Source: Escherichia coli | GTDB taxonomy: Bacteria; Pseudomonadota; Gammaproteobacteria; Enterobacterales; Enterobacteriaceae | NCBI RefSeq assembly: GCF_002854065.1 | Contig: NZ_CP024147.1 | Length of the DNA stretch: 64,000 nucleotides | Strand: one strand, 5' to 3' | Shown here: piece after piece, positions 1-12,595 of the stretch | Numbering within the stretch: the stretch's first letter is position 1 | Layout: each line of letters opens with the position of its first letter | The notes under the pieces: generated by a model | The model's input: the letters and a program-made list of their open reading frames with translations, nothing else | Told to the model about the DNA's origin: nothing | Databases searched by the model: none | Program-made: the position numbers and the translations under genes

Positions 1-330
1 ACATTATCCGGTGGTAACCAGCAAAAAATCCTGATTGCCAAATGCCTGGAAGCTTCGCCGCAAGTATTGATTGTCGATGAGCCGACGCGCGGCGTGGATG
101 TCTCGGCGCGTAATGATATCTACCAACTGTTGCGCAGCATCGCCGCACAGAATGTGGCTGTGCTGCTTATCTCCTCTGATCTGGAAGAGATCGAACTGAT
201 GGCAGATCGTGTGTATGTGATGCATCAGGGCGAAATTACCCACTCTGCACTGACCGGGCGCGATATTAATGTCGAGACTATTATGCGCGTTGCCTTCGGC
301 GATAGTCAGCGTCAGGAGGCGTCATGCTGA
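1..330 (+). CDS. lsrA: AI-2 ABC transporter ATP-binding subunit, 3' portion only (gene begins upstream of window)
   Basis: Frame 1 is open from base 1; translation begins [33 protein letters not shown] (ABC signature and Walker B); stop TGA 328-330 overlaps the next start; followed by the lsrCDBFG gene order. Confidence 0.85.
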   Translation, partial: TLSGGNQQKILIAKCLEASPQVLIVDEPTRGVDVSARNDIYQLLRSIAAQNVAVLLISSDLEEIELMADRVYVMHQGEITHSALTGRDINVETIMRVAFGDSQRQEASC

Positions 331-1352
331 AGTTTATTCAGAACAACCGTGAAATCACGGCACTGCTGGCGGTGGTGCTGCTGTTTGTATTACCCGGTTT
401 TCTCGACCGCCAGTATTTAAGTGTGCAAACGCTGACCATGGTTTATAGCAGCGCGCAAATCCTGATCCTGCTGGCAATGGGCGCGACGCTGGTAATGCTT
501 ACGCGCAATATTGATGTTTCAGTGGGTTCGATTACCGGAATGTGCGCGGTGCTGTTGGGGATGTTACTGAACGCAGGATATTCACTACCTGTTGCCTGTG
601 TCGCGACTTTACTGCTTGGTTTGCTCGCGGGATTTTTCAACGGTGTCCTGGTCGCGTGGCTAAAGATCCCTGCCATTGTTGCCACCCTTGGCACGTTAGG
701 GTTGTACAGAGGCATCATGTTGCTGTGGACTGGCGGTAAATGGATTGAAGGGTTACCCGCCGAACTGAAACAACTCTCCGCCCCGCTACTGTTTGGCGTT
801 TCCGCGATTGGTTGGTTGACGATAATTCTGGTGGCATTTATTGCCTGGCTGCTGGCAAAGACGGCGTTTGGACGCAGTTTTTATGCCACAGGCGATAATT
901 TACAGGGCGCTCGTCAACTGGGCGTTCGTACGGAAGCCATTCGCATTGTGGCATTTTCGTTGAACGGCTGCATGGCGGCACTGGCGGGAATTGTGTTTGC
1001 TTCGCAGATTGGTTTTATCCCCAACCAGACCGGTACCGGGCTGGAGATGAAAGCAATTGCAGCCTGCGTGCTGGGCGGCATTAGTTTGCTCGGCGGTTCC
1101 GGTGCGATCATCGGTGCGGTACTCGGCGCATGGTTCCTGACGCAGATCGATAGTGTACTGGTGCTGTTGCGCATTCCGGCATGGTGGAACGATTTTATCG
1201 CGGGCCTCGTGCTGCTGGCGGTGCTGGTGTTTGATGGACGCCTGCGTTGCGCGCTGGAACGTAATCTGCGGCGGCAAAAATATGCCCGCTTTATGACGCC
1301 ACCGCCATCCGTTAAACCCGCTTCGTCAGGTAAAAAACGGGAGGCTGCATAA
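324..1352 (+). CDS. lsrC: AI-2 ABC transporter permease
   Basis: 342-aa polytopic membrane ORF; ATG overlaps the lsrA stop (ATGCTGA); position in lsr operon. Confidence 0.9.
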   Translation: MLKFIQNNREITALLAVVLLFVLPGFLDRQYLSVQTLTMVYSSAQILILLAMGATLVMLTRNIDVSVGSITGMCAVLLGMLLNAGYSLPVACVATLLLGLLAGFFNGVLVAWLKIPAIVATLGTLGLYRGIMLLWTGGKWIEGLPAELKQLSAPLLFGVSAIGWLTIILVAFIAWLLAKTAFGRSFYATGDNLQGARQLGVRTEAIRIVAFSLNGCMAALAGIVFASQIGFIPNQTGTGLEMKAIAACVLGGISLLGGSGAIIGAVLGAWFLTQIDSVLVLLRIPAWWNDFIAGLVLLAVLVFDGRLRCALERNLRRQKYARFMTPPPSVKPASSGKKREAA

Positions 1353-2344
1353 TGCGTATTCGCTACGGTTGGGAACTGGCTCTTGCCGCACTGCTCGTAA
1401 TTGAGATTGTCGCATTTGGTGCAACTAACCCGCGGATGTTAGACCTCAATATGTTGCTGTTCAGCACCAGTGATTTTATCTGCATTGGCATTGTCGCCCT
1501 ACCGTTGACGATGGTGATTGTCAGTGGCGGGATCGATATTTCGTTTGGTTCGACCATCGGCCTCTGCGCCATTGCATTGGGCGTGCTGTTTCAAAGTGGT
1601 GTGCCGATGCCGCTGGCGATTCTTCTGACCTTACTGCTCGGCGCATTGTGCGGGCTGATCAACGCCGGATTAATTATCTATACCAAAGTTAACCCGCTGG
1701 TGATTACGCTTGGCACGCTGTATCTGTTTGCCGGAAGCGCCCTGCTGCTTTCCGGGATGGCCGGAGCGACGGGGTACGAAGGTATTGGTGGATTCCCGAT
1801 GGCGTTTACAGATTTCGCTAACCTGGATGTGTTGGGGCTCCCCGTTCCGCTGATTATCTTCCTGATATGTCTCCTCGTTTTCTGGCTCTGGCTGCATAAA
1901 ACCCATGCCGGACGTAATGTGTTTTTGATTGGGCAAAGCCCGCGCGTGGCGCTTTATAGCGCGATTCCAGTTAACCGCACCTTATGTGCGCTCTATGCCA
2001 TGACGGGGCTGGCGTCTGCGGTCGCCGCTGTGCTGCTGGTGTCGTATTTTGGTTCAGCACGTTCCGATCTCGGTGCGTCGTTTCTGATGCCCGCCATCAC
2101 CGCCGTGGTGCTTGGCGGTGCCAATATTTATGGTGGTTCCGGTTCCATTATCGGCACCGCCATTGCGGTTTTATTAGTGGGATATTTGCAACAAGGTTTG
2201 CAAATGGCAGGAGTGCCAAATCAGGTGTCCAGCGCCCTTTCCGGTGCGCTACTTATCGTCGTTGTCGTAGGTCGTTCCGTTAGCCTGCATCGCCAGCAAA
2301 TTAAAGAGTGGCTGGCGCGTCGGGCCAATAACCCATTGCCATAA
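1352..2344 (+). CDS. lsrD: AI-2 ABC transporter permease
   Basis: 330-aa membrane ORF; start overlaps lsrC stop by 1 nt (TAATG), consistent with translational coupling. Confidence 0.9.
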   Translation: MRIRYGWELALAALLVIEIVAFGATNPRMLDLNMLLFSTSDFICIGIVALPLTMVIVSGGIDISFGSTIGLCAIALGVLFQSGVPMPLAILLTLLLGALCGLINAGLIIYTKVNPLVITLGTLYLFAGSALLLSGMAGATGYEGIGGFPMAFTDFANLDVLGLPVPLIIFLICLLVFWLWLHKTHAGRNVFLIGQSPRVALYSAIPVNRTLCALYAMTGLASAVAAVLLVSYFGSARSDLGASFLMPAITAVVLGGANIYGGSGSIIGTAIAVLLVGYLQQGLQMAGVPNQVSSALSGALLIVVVVGRSVSLHRQQIKEWLARRANNPLP

Positions 2345-2355
2345 AGGATATCTTC

Positions 2356-3378
2356 ATGACACTTCATCGCTTTAAGAAAATCGCCTTACTTAGCGCTCTT
2401 GGCATTGCCGCAATCTCTATGAATGTGCAGGCCGCAGAGCGTATTGCATTTATTCCCAAACTGGTTGGCGTGGGATTTTTTACCAGCGGTGGCAACGGCG
2501 CACAACAAGCGGGTAAAGAGCTGGGCGTTGATGTGACCTACGACGGGCCGACAGAACCCAGTGTTTCTAGTCAGGTACAGTTGATTAATAACTTCGTCAA
2601 TCAAGGTTATAACGCCATTATCGTTTCTGCGGTTTCGCCTGATGGCTTGTGTCCGGCACTGAAACGCGCCATGCAACGTGGTGTGAGAGTGCTGACCTGG
2701 GACTCTGATACTAAACCGGAGTGCCGCTCTTACTACATTAATCAGGGAACTCCCGCCCAGTTGGGAGGTATGTTGGTGGATATGGCGGCGCGTCAGGTGA
2801 ATAAAGACAAAGCCAAAGTCGCGTTTTTCTACTCAAGCCCCACCGTTACGGACCAAAACCAGTGGGTGAAAGAAGCGAAAGCGAAAATCGCCAAAGAGCA
2901 TCCTGGCTGGGAAATTGTCACTACGCAGTTTGGCTATAACGATGCCACTAAATCGTTACAAACCGCAGAAGGAATATTAAAAGCGTATAGCGATCTCGAC
3001 GCCATTATCGCCCCCGATGCCAATGCCCTGCCCGCTGCCGCACAAGCCGCAGAAAACCTGAAAAATGACAAAGTTGCGATTGTCGGATTCAGTACGCCAA
3101 ACGTGATGCGTCCATATGTGGAACGCGGCACGGTGAAAGAATTTGGCCTGTGGGATGTGGTTCAGCAAGGCAAAATTTCAGTTTATGTCGCGGATGCATT
3201 ATTGAAAAAAGGATCAATGAAAACGGGCGACAAGCTGGATATTCAGGGCGTAGGTCAGGTGGAAGTCTCGCCAAACAGCGTCCAGGGCTATGACTACGAA
3301 GCGGATGGTAATGGCATCGTACTGTTACCGGAGCGCGTGATATTCAACAAAGAGAATATCGGCAAATACGATTTCTGA
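2356..3378 (+). CDS. lsrB: AI-2 periplasmic binding protein
   Basis: 340-aa ORF with N-terminal signal peptide ([26 protein letters not shown]) and periplasmic sugar-binding-like fold. Confidence 0.9.
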   Translation: MTLHRFKKIALLSALGIAAISMNVQAAERIAFIPKLVGVGFFTSGGNGAQQAGKELGVDVTYDGPTEPSVSSQVQLINNFVNQGYNAIIVSAVSPDGLCPALKRAMQRGVRVLTWDSDTKPECRSYYINQGTPAQLGGMLVDMAARQVNKDKAKVAFFYSSPTVTDQNQWVKEAKAKIAKEHPGWEIVTTQFGYNDATKSLQTAEGILKAYSDLDAIIAPDANALPAAAQAAENLKNDKVAIVGFSTPNVMRPYVERGTVKEFGLWDVVQQGKISVYVADALLKKGSMKTGDKLDIQGVGQVEVSPNSVQGYDYEADGNGIVLLPERVIFNKENIGKYDF

Positions 3379-3404
3379 TGTGCATTACTTAACCGGAGTA
3401 AGTT

Positions 3405-4280
3405 ATGGCAGATTTAGACGATATTAAAGATGGTAAAGATTTTCGTACCGATCAACCGCAAAAAAATATCCCTTTTACCCTGAAAGGTTGCGGTGCGCTG
3501 GATTGGGGAATGCAGTCACGCTTATCGCGGATATTTAATCCGAAAACGGGTAAAACCGTGATGCTGGCTTTTGACCATGGTTATTTTCAGGGACCGACTA
3601 CCGGACTTGAACGCATTGATATAAATATCGCCCCGCTGTTTGAACATGCCGATGTATTAATGTGTACGCGCGGCATTTTGCGCAGCGTAGTTCCCCCTGC
3701 GACCAATAGGCCGGTGGTACTGCGGGCGTCAGGTGCGAACTCTATTCTGGCGGAATTAAGTAATGAAGCCGTGGCGTTATCGATGGATGACGCCGTGCGC
3801 CTGAACAGTTGCGCGGTGGCGGCGCAGGTTTATATCGGAAGCGAATATGAACATCAGTCGATCAAAAATATTATTCAGCTGGTCGATGCCGGAATGAAAG
3901 TGGGAATGCCGACCATGGCCGTGACAGGCGTGGGCAAAGATATGGTGCGCGATCAGCGTTATTTCTCGCTCGCGACTCGAATAGCCGCTGAAATGGGGGC
4001 GCTAATTATCAAAACCTATTATGTCGAAAAAGGTTTTGAACGGATTGTTGCCGGATGTCCGGTACCCATTGTTATTGCTGGCGGTAAAAAATTACCGGAG
4101 CGCGAGGCGCTGGAAATGTGCTGGCAGGCTATCGATCAGGGCGCTTCTGGTGTGGATATGGGGCGTAATATTTTCCAGTCTGACCATCCGGTGGCAATGA
4201 TGAAAGCCGTACAGGCGGTGGTACACCATAACGAAACGGCTGATCGGGCATATGAACTCTATCTGAGTGAAAAACAGTAA
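3405..4280 (+). CDS. lsrF: aldolase-family enzyme of AI-2 processing (3-hydroxy-2,4-pentadione 5-phosphate thiolase)
   Basis: 291-aa ORF, class I aldolase-like; operon position. Confidence 0.85.
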   Translation: MADLDDIKDGKDFRTDQPQKNIPFTLKGCGALDWGMQSRLSRIFNPKTGKTVMLAFDHGYFQGPTTGLERIDINIAPLFEHADVLMCTRGILRSVVPPATNRPVVLRASGANSILAELSNEAVALSMDDAVRLNSCAVAAQVYIGSEYEHQSIKNIIQLVDAGMKVGMPTMAVTGVGKDMVRDQRYFSLATRIAAEMGALIIKTYYVEKGFERIVAGCPVPIVIAGGKKLPEREALEMCWQAIDQGASGVDMGRNIFQSDHPVAMMKAVQAVVHHNETADRAYELYLSEKQ

Positions 4281-4303
4281 CTGCGGATTTAAGGAGAAGA
4301 ATT

Positions 4304-4594
4304 ATGCACGTCACACTGGTTGAAATTAACGTTCATGAAGACAAGGTTGACGAGTTTATCGAAGTTTTTCGCCAGAACCACCTGGGCTCTGTACAGGAAG
4401 AAGGCAATTTGCGCTTCGATGTCTTACAGGACCCGGAAGTGAATTCGCGCTTTTATATCTACGAAGCCTATAAAGATGAAGACGCAGTGGCATTCCATAA
4501 AACCACGCCTCACTACAAAACCTGTGTCGCGAAACTGGAATCTTTAATGACCGGGCCGCGTAAAAAACGTCTGTTCAATGGGTTGATGCCGTGA
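4304..4594 (+). CDS. lsrG: phospho-AI-2 isomerase, small antibiotic-biosynthesis-monooxygenase-like protein
   Basis: 96-aa ORF with SD-like AAGGAGAA upstream; last gene of lsr cluster. Confidence 0.85.
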   Translation: MHVTLVEINVHEDKVDEFIEVFRQNHLGSVQEEGNLRFDVLQDPEVNSRFYIYEAYKDEDAVAFHKTTPHYKTCVAKLESLMTGPRKKRLFNGLMP

Positions 4595-4650
4595 GGCGAA
4601 TTTATCAGTTTTATCTACAATTGGGGTAACGCGCTGACGGGAGTAAATAA

Positions 4651-5409
4651 ATGTCTGACTGGAACCCCTCTTTATATCTGCACTTTGCCGCTGAACGATC
4701 GCGTCCGGCGGTGGAGCTGCTTGCCAGAGTGCCGCTGGAGAATATCGAATACGTTGCCGATCTTGGCTGTGGCCCAGGTAACAGCACCGCCCTTCTACAA
4801 CAACGTTGGCCTGCTGCCAGGATAACGGGCATCGACTCGTCTCCGGCGATGATTGCCGAAGCGCGCAGTGCTTTGCCAGACTGCCAGTTTGTGGAAGCAG
4901 ATATCCGCAACTGGCAACCGGAACAGACACTCGATCTGATTTTTGCTAATGCCTCACTGCAATGGCTGCCCGACCACTACGAATTGTTTCCTCACTTGGT
5001 TTCTTTACTTAATCCGCAGGGCGTGCTGGCAGTACAGATGCCAGATAACTGGCTGGAGCCGACCCATGTGCTCATGCGCGAAGTTGCCTGGGAACAAAAC
5101 TACCCGGATCGCGGGCGTGAGCCGTTGGCTGGCGTTCATGCTTACTACGATATTTTGAGCGAAGCCGGATGTGAGGTCGATATCTGGCGAACCACCTACT
5201 ATCACCAGATGCCGTCGCACCAGGCGATTATCGATTGGGTGACCGCCACTGGATTACGTCCGTGGTTACAGGATCTGACCGAGAGCGAACAGCAGCTTTT
5301 TCTTACGCGCTACCATCAGATGTTGGAAGAGCAGTATCCACTGCAAGAGAACGGACAGATACTGCTGGCATTTCCGCGTCTGTTTATTGTTGCCCGACGT
5401 ACGGAGTAA
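4651..5409 (+). CDS. tam: trans-aconitate 2-methyltransferase (SAM-dependent)
   Basis: 252-aa ORF with SAM-binding motif [12 protein letters not shown]. Confidence 0.85.
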   Translation: MSDWNPSLYLHFAAERSRPAVELLARVPLENIEYVADLGCGPGNSTALLQQRWPAARITGIDSSPAMIAEARSALPDCQFVEADIRNWQPEQTLDLIFANASLQWLPDHYELFPHLVSLLNPQGVLAVQMPDNWLEPTHVLMREVAWEQNYPDRGREPLAGVHAYYDILSEAGCEVDIWRTTYYHQMPSHQAIIDWVTATGLRPWLQDLTESEQQLFLTRYHQMLEEQYPLQENGQILLAFPRLFIVARRTE

Positions 5410-5412
5410 ATA

Positions 5413-6327
5413 TCACGTCAGTTGGTAATGGCGATCGGGAAGAATTTTTGCTGGAATTTCGGCTTCATCGTTCATCTGTAAGAGGTCAATTTCAATAGCG
5501 TTGCAGATGGCATCCAGTGGTAAATCATTGTTTTCAGTACCGAACGGATCTTCCAGTTCTTCCGCCAGACAATCCAGCGAAATAAAAGTGTAGGAAATCA
5601 GCACAGAGATAAAAGGCGTCATGTAATGCAGGTCCACGACCAGTGCGAACGGCAGCATGATACAAAACAGATAAACGGTACGATGCAAAATCAGGGTGTA
5701 GGCAAAGGGAATTGGCGTGTAGGCAATGCGCTCGCAGCCTGCCAGAACCGCTGAAATATCGTTAAGCCGATCGTTGAGGCTAATAAACAGGATATCTGAA
5801 AGCTGTCCATTGCGGCGCTGAACCGCCAACCATTCTCCCATTATTAACAAGATACGGTTAGCTGGAGAGTTCGAAGCCAGTACACGCTGAAGATCTTCAG
5901 TCTTGAGATAATGAGCCAGCACTTCCGCCTGTGGCTGTTTGCGTAATGTCATGCGTAAACAGTGAGCGAAGGCGATTTGCAGCCGGGCAAACTCCCTTAC
6001 ACTTGCCGAATCCGGCAATGTCGTTTTTACCTCGCGCAGTAACGACCGCGAGGCAATCATCAACTGCCCCCAAAGTTTTCGCGCTTCAACGTAACGGGCG
6101 TAACCGGCATTATTACGAAAACCAAGAAAAATGGCGATGGCGACACCGAGAATGCTGAACGGTGCGAGGGTGAATTTAATGCCCAAATGCGTGTACCAGG
6201 GCAGCATGAAAATAACAGCGATAGAAAAGAGAAAATTGAGTAGTAAGCGCGAGGATATCTTGGATAATACTGAACCGTGCCAGACAAAAATACGGCGCAG
6301 CCAGTGTTGTTGTGGACGAACAATCAT
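5413..6327 (-). CDS. yneE: bestrophin-like membrane protein (UPF0187)
   Basis: ORF track gives 321 aa to 6378; I favour the internal ATG at 6327 (MIVRPQQHW..., ~304 aa). Confidence 0.75.
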   Translation of the reverse strand: MIVRPQQHWLRRIFVWHGSVLSKISSRLLLNFLFSIAVIFMLPWYTHLGIKFTLAPFSILGVAIAIFLGFRNNAGYARYVEARKLWGQLMIASRSLLREVKTTLPDSASVREFARLQIAFAHCLRMTLRKQPQAEVLAHYLKTEDLQRVLASNSPANRILLIMGEWLAVQRRNGQLSDILFISLNDRLNDISAVLAGCERIAYTPIPFAYTLILHRTVYLFCIMLPFALVVDLHYMTPFISVLISYTFISLDCLAEELEDPFGTENNDLPLDAICNAIEIDLLQMNDEAEIPAKILPDRHYQLT

Positions 6328-6495
6328 GGTTATCTTCAGGCGTGGAAAAGTCGCCCTATTAAACGTGATTACGATCACATTCTCAAGACGCTACTTACAA
6401 ATCACCTACAAAATTACAACATTAACAGGCGCTGCATGTGGCACCTGTTAATGATAAAGGCTCATAGGATGTTGTAACTAATATAATGAAATAAG

Positions 6496-6517
6496 AAACC
6501 CGGTCGAAACCGGGTTC
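6496..6517. terminator. GC-rich hairpin (AAACCCGGTCGAAACCGGGTT) in the yneE-uxaB intergenic region, likely the intrinsic terminator downstream of uxaB
   Basis: Perfect 8-bp stem around a short loop, T-rich run following on the minus strand. Confidence 0.55.
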
Positions 6518-6523
6518 AGAGTA

Positions 6524-7975
6524 TTAGCACAACGGACGTACAGCTTCGCGCATCCCTTTTTCAAGAATCGCATCCAGGTCATTAGCAACCTGCTCGACCA
6601 GACCAGGCACTTGCGTCAGGTCCTGCTCCCAGTGGTCTTTTTCTGCCAACACAATCGCAACCAGTTCCTGGGTACCGATAACACGGTCACGATGCTGGCT
6701 CCAGAGTTGCTGATAACGTTCCAGCCAGTGTGCATCGTCCTGTACCGGATATGTTTCTCCGTTACGCTCACCGCGATAGAACGCAATCAATGCCGCTAAT
6801 GCGAAAGTAAGGCGCGCCGGAAGTGTGCCGTTTGCCTTCTGCCCTGCCAGTAGCTGCGGCAGGATGCGGGTACGGAACTTGGTCATACCGTTGAGCGCGA
6901 TAGACAGCAGCTGATGCTTGATGTACGGGTTACGGAAACGCCCGGTGACTGCACTGGCGAAAGACTCCAGTTCATCGCGAGGCAAATCCAGAACCGGAAT
7001 AATTTCTTCGTAGATGGCTTTTTCAACGAATGCGCAAATTTCAGCATCGTTCATCGCTTCACCTACGGTATCCAGCCCTGCCTGGAACGCCACCGGCACC
7101 AACGCGGTGTGTGCACCGTTGAGTATTGCCACTTTGCGTTCTTTATACGGTTTAATATCGTCAACAATCAGCACGTTGAGCGGATATTTGTCCAGACGCA
7201 GCTCGGTCGCTAAGGATTTCGGTCCCTGAATCACAAACAGGTAAAAGTGTTCAGCGGTGTCGAGGAAACCATCGTGATAACCCAGTTCTTCTTCCAGTTT
7301 AGCCACTTCATCACGCGGATAACCGGTAACGATACGGTCCACCAGCGTAGAACAGAAGCTGTTAGCCTGATCCAGCCATTGAATAAATGCTTCTGGCAGT
7401 GCCCACTCTTGCGCATAGCGCAGCACCAGTTCACGCAACGCGTCGCCATTGTAGTCGATCAACTCACACGGGATGATGATCCAACCTTTATCCAGCGCAC
7501 CGTTGAAATGGCTAAAACGTTCGAACAGCAGACGGGTCAGTTTTGCCGGATAACTTACCGCTGGCGCGTCATCGAATTTATCGCCCGCATGGTAGCTGAT
7601 ACCCGCTTCGGTGGTGTTAGAGAAAACAAAGCGCATTTCCGGGTTGTGCGCCAGTTTCAGGAATTCATCGTATTCACTGTAGACGCTGATTTCACGATTA
7701 ACAGAGCGAATCAGACGCGCGTCGCTGACCGCTTCCCCCTTTTCATTCAGGCCACGGATAATGGTGGTGTACAGACCATCCTGCGTGCTCAGTGACGGCG
7801 GGAATGAAGTTTCAATCGGACGAACAACGACCACACCAGAATTCAGATCGGTGTGCTCATTCAGGAGATCTATTTGCCAGTCAACAAAGGCGCGCAGGAA
7901 GTTACCTTCACCAAACTGAATGATACGTTCTGGATACTGTGCACCGGGAAAATCGCGACGATTTAGTGTTTTCAC
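6524..7975 (-). CDS. uxaB: altronate oxidoreductase (tagaturonate reductase)
   Basis: 483-aa ORF of the mannitol dehydrogenase family; hexuronate gene context. Confidence 0.9.
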   Translation of the reverse strand: MKTLNRRDFPGAQYPERIIQFGEGNFLRAFVDWQIDLLNEHTDLNSGVVVVRPIETSFPPSLSTQDGLYTTIIRGLNEKGEAVSDARLIRSVNREISVYSEYDEFLKLAHNPEMRFVFSNTTEAGISYHAGDKFDDAPAVSYPAKLTRLLFERFSHFNGALDKGWIIIPCELIDYNGDALRELVLRYAQEWALPEAFIQWLDQANSFCSTLVDRIVTGYPRDEVAKLEEELGYHDGFLDTAEHFYLFVIQGPKSLATELRLDKYPLNVLIVDDIKPYKERKVAILNGAHTALVPVAFQAGLDTVGEAMNDAEICAFVEKAIYEEIIPVLDLPRDELESFASAVTGRFRNPYIKHQLLSIALNGMTKFRTRILPQLLAGQKANGTLPARLTFALAALIAFYRGERNGETYPVQDDAHWLERYQQLWSQHRDRVIGTQELVAIVLAEKDHWEQDLTQVPGLVEQVANDLDAILEKGMREAVRPLC

Positions 7976-8201
7976 AATGGGTTCCCTTCTGATTAGTCAT
8001 ACAACCTGTTTGAATTGGTACGACAGGTTAGCAAACTTTAATACGCCGAACCCCTGTTTTGATCAACTCCTGATGATTAATGAGCAGTTTTATGAGAAAA
8101 GTGTGGCGCGGATCATGGTTTAATCGAGGAAATACGCCTTTTCCTGGATCATAAAGTGGTAGAACACATTGCATTCAAATCGCTCTGAATGAATAAAGAT
8201 G

Positions 8202-9461
8202 TCAGACAACTTCCTCACCGTAACGCATAGTGCTGGTACGGTTGCGCCCATCTTTCTTCGAGCGATACAGACACGTATCGGCTTCGACCATCAATTTATT
8301 AAAGTCATCGGTCAGCGTTCGGTACGATGCGCGACCACTACCGACGCCAATACTTACCGTGAGATAAAGCGTTTTTTGTTGCCAGGTGAATGGTTGCAGT
8401 TCAACGCCTTTACGGATTTTTTCCGCCATTAGCAGACCATCGACAGGATTCACCGACGGCACTGCAACAGCAAATTCTTCGCCGCCCATTCGCGCCACCA
8501 GCCCCTTATCACCGACAATCTTCTGGATATGCCGGGCAAACACGCTTAACACTTTATCGCCACATTCATGTCCATAGTTATCGTTAATACTTTTGAAATA
8601 GTCGATATCAAGCAGCATGACAGTCAGATGTTGTGTCTGTTTCAGCGATGGACTTTTCAGCGCCTCATAAAGACCGGACCGTGAGTAAACCTGAGTCAGA
8701 AAATCAAAGTCGGCTCGCAGCGCAACTTGCTTCATTAGCGAATTGATCGCTGCCACGCTAAAAGAAACCATAATTGGGCATATCGCCATCGTGGCAATAC
8801 CGAGACGTGCGGAGAACATTTCCGGAATGGAGAACGGCGAACCGACCGAGATATCAATCACCGAATTAGCCACCAGTACGATTTCCACCGCACCGGTGAC
8901 AAAGGTCAACAGACATGTTACCTGCGGCGTATAGCGCACTGCACACCAGATTAATGCAGGCAGCGGGAACGCCAGACTCCCCGCTCCACCAATGACTACC
9001 GAGGCAATAACCGACACAATAAGCGCGATGGCGGGCATCATCTGTTCTGCTTTAAAGCGCGGCAGCACTCCAGGAATAGCCAACGTCAGCATACAAGGCA
9101 CGATCAACACGCCCGTTGAGAATTGCTCACTGAACCAGTCCGCAAGCAAAGGCCAGAAATCCAGACTATCAATACTGACCGAACCAATCGCCCCGACAAT
9201 AGCGCATAATAATGCGGCAATCAGACAGTAATTAAATAGCCGTAAGGCACTTACTGGCTCATACTTATTTTTCCCCAGACGCTTATCCCGCACGACCAGT
9301 AAGGCGACGGTAACAATAAACATCATATTGGAGAAATTGATAGCCAGTGAAACCAGTCCCCATTCGGTGGTTATGGCATCATAAACCAGCATCGCCACAT
9401 AACTGATCGCGTAGTAATGCAGTCGATTAAGCCAGACATAGCGGGCAAACACCCCCGCCAT
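8202..9461 (-). CDS. dgcF: membrane-anchored diguanylate cyclase (GGDEF domain)
   Basis: 419-aa ORF; multi-helix hydrophobic N-terminal region followed by a GGDEF domain with RMGGEEF active-site motif; the true start is uncertain (see finding). Confidence 0.8.
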   Translation of the reverse strand: MAGVFARYVWLNRLHYYAISYVAMLVYDAITTEWGLVSLAINFSNMMFIVTVALLVVRDKRLGKNKYEPVSALRLFNYCLIAALLCAIVGAIGSVSIDSLDFWPLLADWFSEQFSTGVLIVPCMLTLAIPGVLPRFKAEQMMPAIALIVSVIASVVIGGAGSLAFPLPALIWCAVRYTPQVTCLLTFVTGAVEIVLVANSVIDISVGSPFSIPEMFSARLGIATMAICPIMVSFSVAAINSLMKQVALRADFDFLTQVYSRSGLYEALKSPSLKQTQHLTVMLLDIDYFKSINDNYGHECGDKVLSVFARHIQKIVGDKGLVARMGGEEFAVAVPSVNPVDGLLMAEKIRKGVELQPFTWQQKTLYLTVSIGVGSGRASYRTLTDDFNKLMVEADTCLYRSKKDGRNRTSTMRYGEEVV

Positions 9462-9757
9462 TACGCCATTCAGGGCCAGAAAAGAGAAAGTTCGTGAACC
9501 AGCCGTAACTCTGCACCAATAAAATAGAACAGCGTGGTTAGCGCAAAAATAGCGATGCTATTACGTAGCAGATGACCTTCCTGGAACAAACGGAAAGTTG
9601 AAATGGGGTGTACATGCATTAATTATCTGTCCATACAATTGCGGGTGGCAATTATCTCAACGTAATAAGTAAATTCTCATAAAGGATAGCATGTTCGCTG
9701 ACAGCGGCGGCAAATAAAGGTACCCTGGGAATGCTATTTTATCGTTTTCCGCAATTC

Positions 9758-10117
9758 TCATAGCTGATTCATCTGTACAACCAGCCAGTGATAGATTACC
9801 GCCACGATATAACGTTGTTGTTCTTCGCTTAACGAAACACCCTGCGGAATGTTATGCCACTTAGCCAGACAACCGCGACAGCAGGTCGCGGTGGCGTGCT
9901 GAGCGATAAACACCGGATGCCCGCGCATGGGGGTTTGCTTACCGTCATTAGCCGGTAATGCCGGAGCAAGACGTTTAGCGACAAAATCCGCCGCATGTTG
10001 TTCGATGACTGGCGCGCCTTTCTCCAGACAATACTGACGCTCTTTCATGCCCAAACGAAAGCGAGATCGAAATTTTGAACGGGATAAACGCGCGAAGAGT
10101 GGATCGAGAGACTGCAT
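9758..10117 (-). CDS. yneG: small conserved protein (DUF4186 family)
   Basis: 119-aa ORF; its ATG overlaps the glsB stop (TTAATG), suggesting translational coupling. Confidence 0.8.
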   Translation of the reverse strand: MQSLDPLFARLSRSKFRSRFRLGMKERQYCLEKGAPVIEQHAADFVAKRLAPALPANDGKQTPMRGHPVFIAQHATATCCRGCLAKWHNIPQGVSLSEEQQRYIVAVIYHWLVVQMNQL

Positions 10118-11043
10118 TAATAAACCGAACGCCCTAACTGTTTCGTCAATTGTTCAAGGACGGCAATGCCCGCAAGCGAGTTACCTGCATCATCCAGTTC
10201 CGGACTCCAGACTGCGATGGCCATTTCATGCGGAACAATCGCCACAATACCGCCCCCAACGCCAGATTTCGCCGGTAGTCCCACCCGCCAGGCAAACTCC
10301 CCCGCGTTCTGGTACATACCACTGGTCGCCATCAGCGCGTTAATTTGCCGCGCCTGCATTGGCGTCACCACTGGTTCATCAATATGAATAGCTTTCCCCT
10401 GATTAGCCAGAAAGACAAACGTCCGGGCCAGCTCTACACAGCTCATTTTCAGAGCGCAGTAATGAAAGTAGTTTTGCAGAACGGTTGTCACGTCATGATG
10501 GAAATTGCCAAACGACTTCATCAGCCAGGCGATAGCCGCATTTCGCGCGGAATGTTCAAATTCGGAACGCGCTACCACCGTATCGTAGGAAATATCAGAC
10601 ACACCGCTTAAGCCGCGCACGACTTCCAGCATACGTTGCCGTGGTGCGCTTAATCGCCCTTGCAACATATCGCAGACCACCAGCGCACCGGCATTAATAA
10701 ACGGATTACGCGGAATACCCTGCTCCATTTCCAGTTGCACTAAAGAATTGAACGGTGATCCAGACGGATCTTTGCCGACGCGTTGCCAGATTTCCTCTTC
10801 GGAGTAATGACGCATGGCGACAACGAGACTCAGCACTTTAGAAATAGACTGAATGGAAAAACGTTCTTGCGCGTCTCCGGCCTGAAAAAGCTGTCCGTCA
10901 ACGGTACAGATAGCAATGCCCAATCGGGAACCGTCTACCGTAGCCAGCGCTGGGATATAATCCGCGACTTTACCCTGACCAATGAGCGGCCGGACTTGCC
11001 GCAAGATGTTTTCTAAAATTGCATTATCCATGGCGACTGCCAC
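10117..11043 (-). CDS. glsB: glutaminase 2
   Basis: 308-aa ORF with serine-dependent glutaminase-type motifs (SISKVLS). Confidence 0.9.
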   Translation of the reverse strand: MAVAMDNAILENILRQVRPLIGQGKVADYIPALATVDGSRLGIAICTVDGQLFQAGDAQERFSIQSISKVLSLVVAMRHYSEEEIWQRVGKDPSGSPFNSLVQLEMEQGIPRNPFINAGALVVCDMLQGRLSAPRQRMLEVVRGLSGVSDISYDTVVARSEFEHSARNAAIAWLMKSFGNFHHDVTTVLQNYFHYCALKMSCVELARTFVFLANQGKAIHIDEPVVTPMQARQINALMATSGMYQNAGEFAWRVGLPAKSGVGGGIVAIVPHEMAIAVWSPELDDAGNSLAGIAVLEQLTKQLGRSVY

Positions 11044-11106
11044 TTTCTACTCCTGGACCGCAGGTCTGAAAAGACCTGCGAGTATATCAGAGCTGAATAT
11101 GTCGCG

Positions 11107-12495
11107 TCAGATCCGGTCTTTCCACACCGTCTGGATATTACAGAATTCGTGTAAGCCGAAATGGGAAAGCTCACGACCAAAGCCACTCTTTTTCACGCCA
11201 CCAAAGGCCACTCGCGCGTCGCTGGCACAATAACCATTGATAAACACCCCACCGCATTCCAGACGTGCCGCCATCTGTCTGGCCTGTGTTTCGTCGGTGG
11301 TAAAAATGGTCGCTGAAAGGCCGAACTCACTATCATTAGCCAGTGCCAGCGCATGTTCTGCATCTTTCGCAATGGTGATTGCCGCAACGGGGCCAAACAT
11401 TTCTTCCCGAAACGCGGTCATTTCTGGGGTAACATTCGCCAGAACCGTTGGCGGATAGTAGTTACCTGCCCCAGCCATCTTTTCCCCGCCCAGTAACAAA
11501 CGCGCACCTTGCGCCAGGGTTTTCTCCACCTGATGATGCAGCTCATCACGTAAATCGAAACGAGCCATTGGTCCGAGAGCGTTATCTTCGTCACGGGGAT
11601 CGCCCATTTTCAAGGCTGCCGCAGCTGCCACAAAACGTTCGGTAAATGCCGAAGCAATTCCCTCTTCGATAATAAAGCGTTTTGCCGCTGCACAAACCTG
11701 TCCGGTATTCTGATAACGTCCGGCTACCGCCGCTTTAACCGCCAGTTCCAGATCGGCATCGTTAAGCACAATAAATGGATCCGAACCGCCCAGTTCCAGT
11801 ACGCATTTTTTCAGTGCCGCTCCAGCCTGTGCACCAATAGCCGCTCCCGCACGAACACTTCCGGTCACCGTGACAGCAGCAATGCGCGAGTCTTTAATCA
11901 TCTGACTGACACCGTCGTTGTGGGCATTCAGCCAGCCATATACGCCTTGTGGGATTCCCGCATCTTTAAACACCTGGGCAATGAGCTGAGCACAGCCCAT
12001 CACATTCGGCGCATGTTTAAGTAAGTAACCGTTACCAGCAAGAATGATGGGAACAGCGCCACGCATCACCTGCCATAACGGAAAATTCCACGGCATAATC
12101 GCCAGAATCGTCCCCAACGGTCGATACTCAATAACTGCCTGCTGATTTTCCACCAGCGTAGGTTCCGCCTTCAGCATTGCCGGACCATGTTCTGCATACC
12201 AGTCACACAAATTCGCCGATTTCGCCACTTCAGCGCGCGCCTGGTTGATTGGTTTGCCCATTTCGCGGGTGATCATTTGCGCCATTTCTTCGCTACGGGC
12301 GCGCAGAGCCTTACCGATATCACGCAGTTTTTCAGCACGATAATCTATATTTGTCTCGCGCCAGTCACGAAAGCCTGCTGCCGCCAGCTGAAGTGCGTTT
12401 TCGATATCATCAGCGCCAGCCCACGGCAACACAGAAAGTTGTTCACCCGTGGCAGGATTTATCGAAATTGCATGAGTTGCCGGAGTAATGGTCAT
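11107..12495 (-). CDS. sad: NAD-dependent succinate-semialdehyde dehydrogenase
   Basis: Aldehyde dehydrogenase motifs ([16 protein letters not shown]); ATG at 12495 gives ~462 aa (ORF track extends 8 codons upstream). Confidence 0.9.
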   Translation of the reverse strand: MTITPATHAISINPATGEQLSVLPWAGADDIENALQLAAAGFRDWRETNIDYRAEKLRDIGKALRARSEEMAQMITREMGKPINQARAEVAKSANLCDWYAEHGPAMLKAEPTLVENQQAVIEYRPLGTILAIMPWNFPLWQVMRGAVPIILAGNGYLLKHAPNVMGCAQLIAQVFKDAGIPQGVYGWLNAHNDGVSQMIKDSRIAAVTVTGSVRAGAAIGAQAGAALKKCVLELGGSDPFIVLNDADLELAVKAAVAGRYQNTGQVCAAAKRFIIEEGIASAFTERFVAAAAALKMGDPRDEDNALGPMARFDLRDELHHQVEKTLAQGARLLLGGEKMAGAGNYYPPTVLANVTPEMTAFREEMFGPVAAITIAKDAEHALALANDSEFGLSATIFTTDETQARQMAARLECGGVFINGYCASDARVAFGGVKKSGFGRELSHFGLHEFCNIQTVWKDRI

Positions 12496-12595
12496 CGGGG
12501 TATCTCCTTTATGAGTCATGGTATGAAGATACGCAGATTTACTCTTGCTTTAAAATGAATAATATTAAGCCACTTATTCACGAATCGAGAATATT

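Noticed and set aside
443-1277. Minus-strand ORFs of 86-125 aa (443..718, 900..1277, 914..1174) inside lsrC
   Set aside because: Antisense to a well-supported membrane-protein gene, with no SD or independent signal; typical shadow ORFs of GC-rich coding sequence.
6914-7795. Plus-strand ORFs (up to 182 aa) opposite uxaB
   Set aside because: Fully antisense within uxaB; low-complexity composition; no start context.
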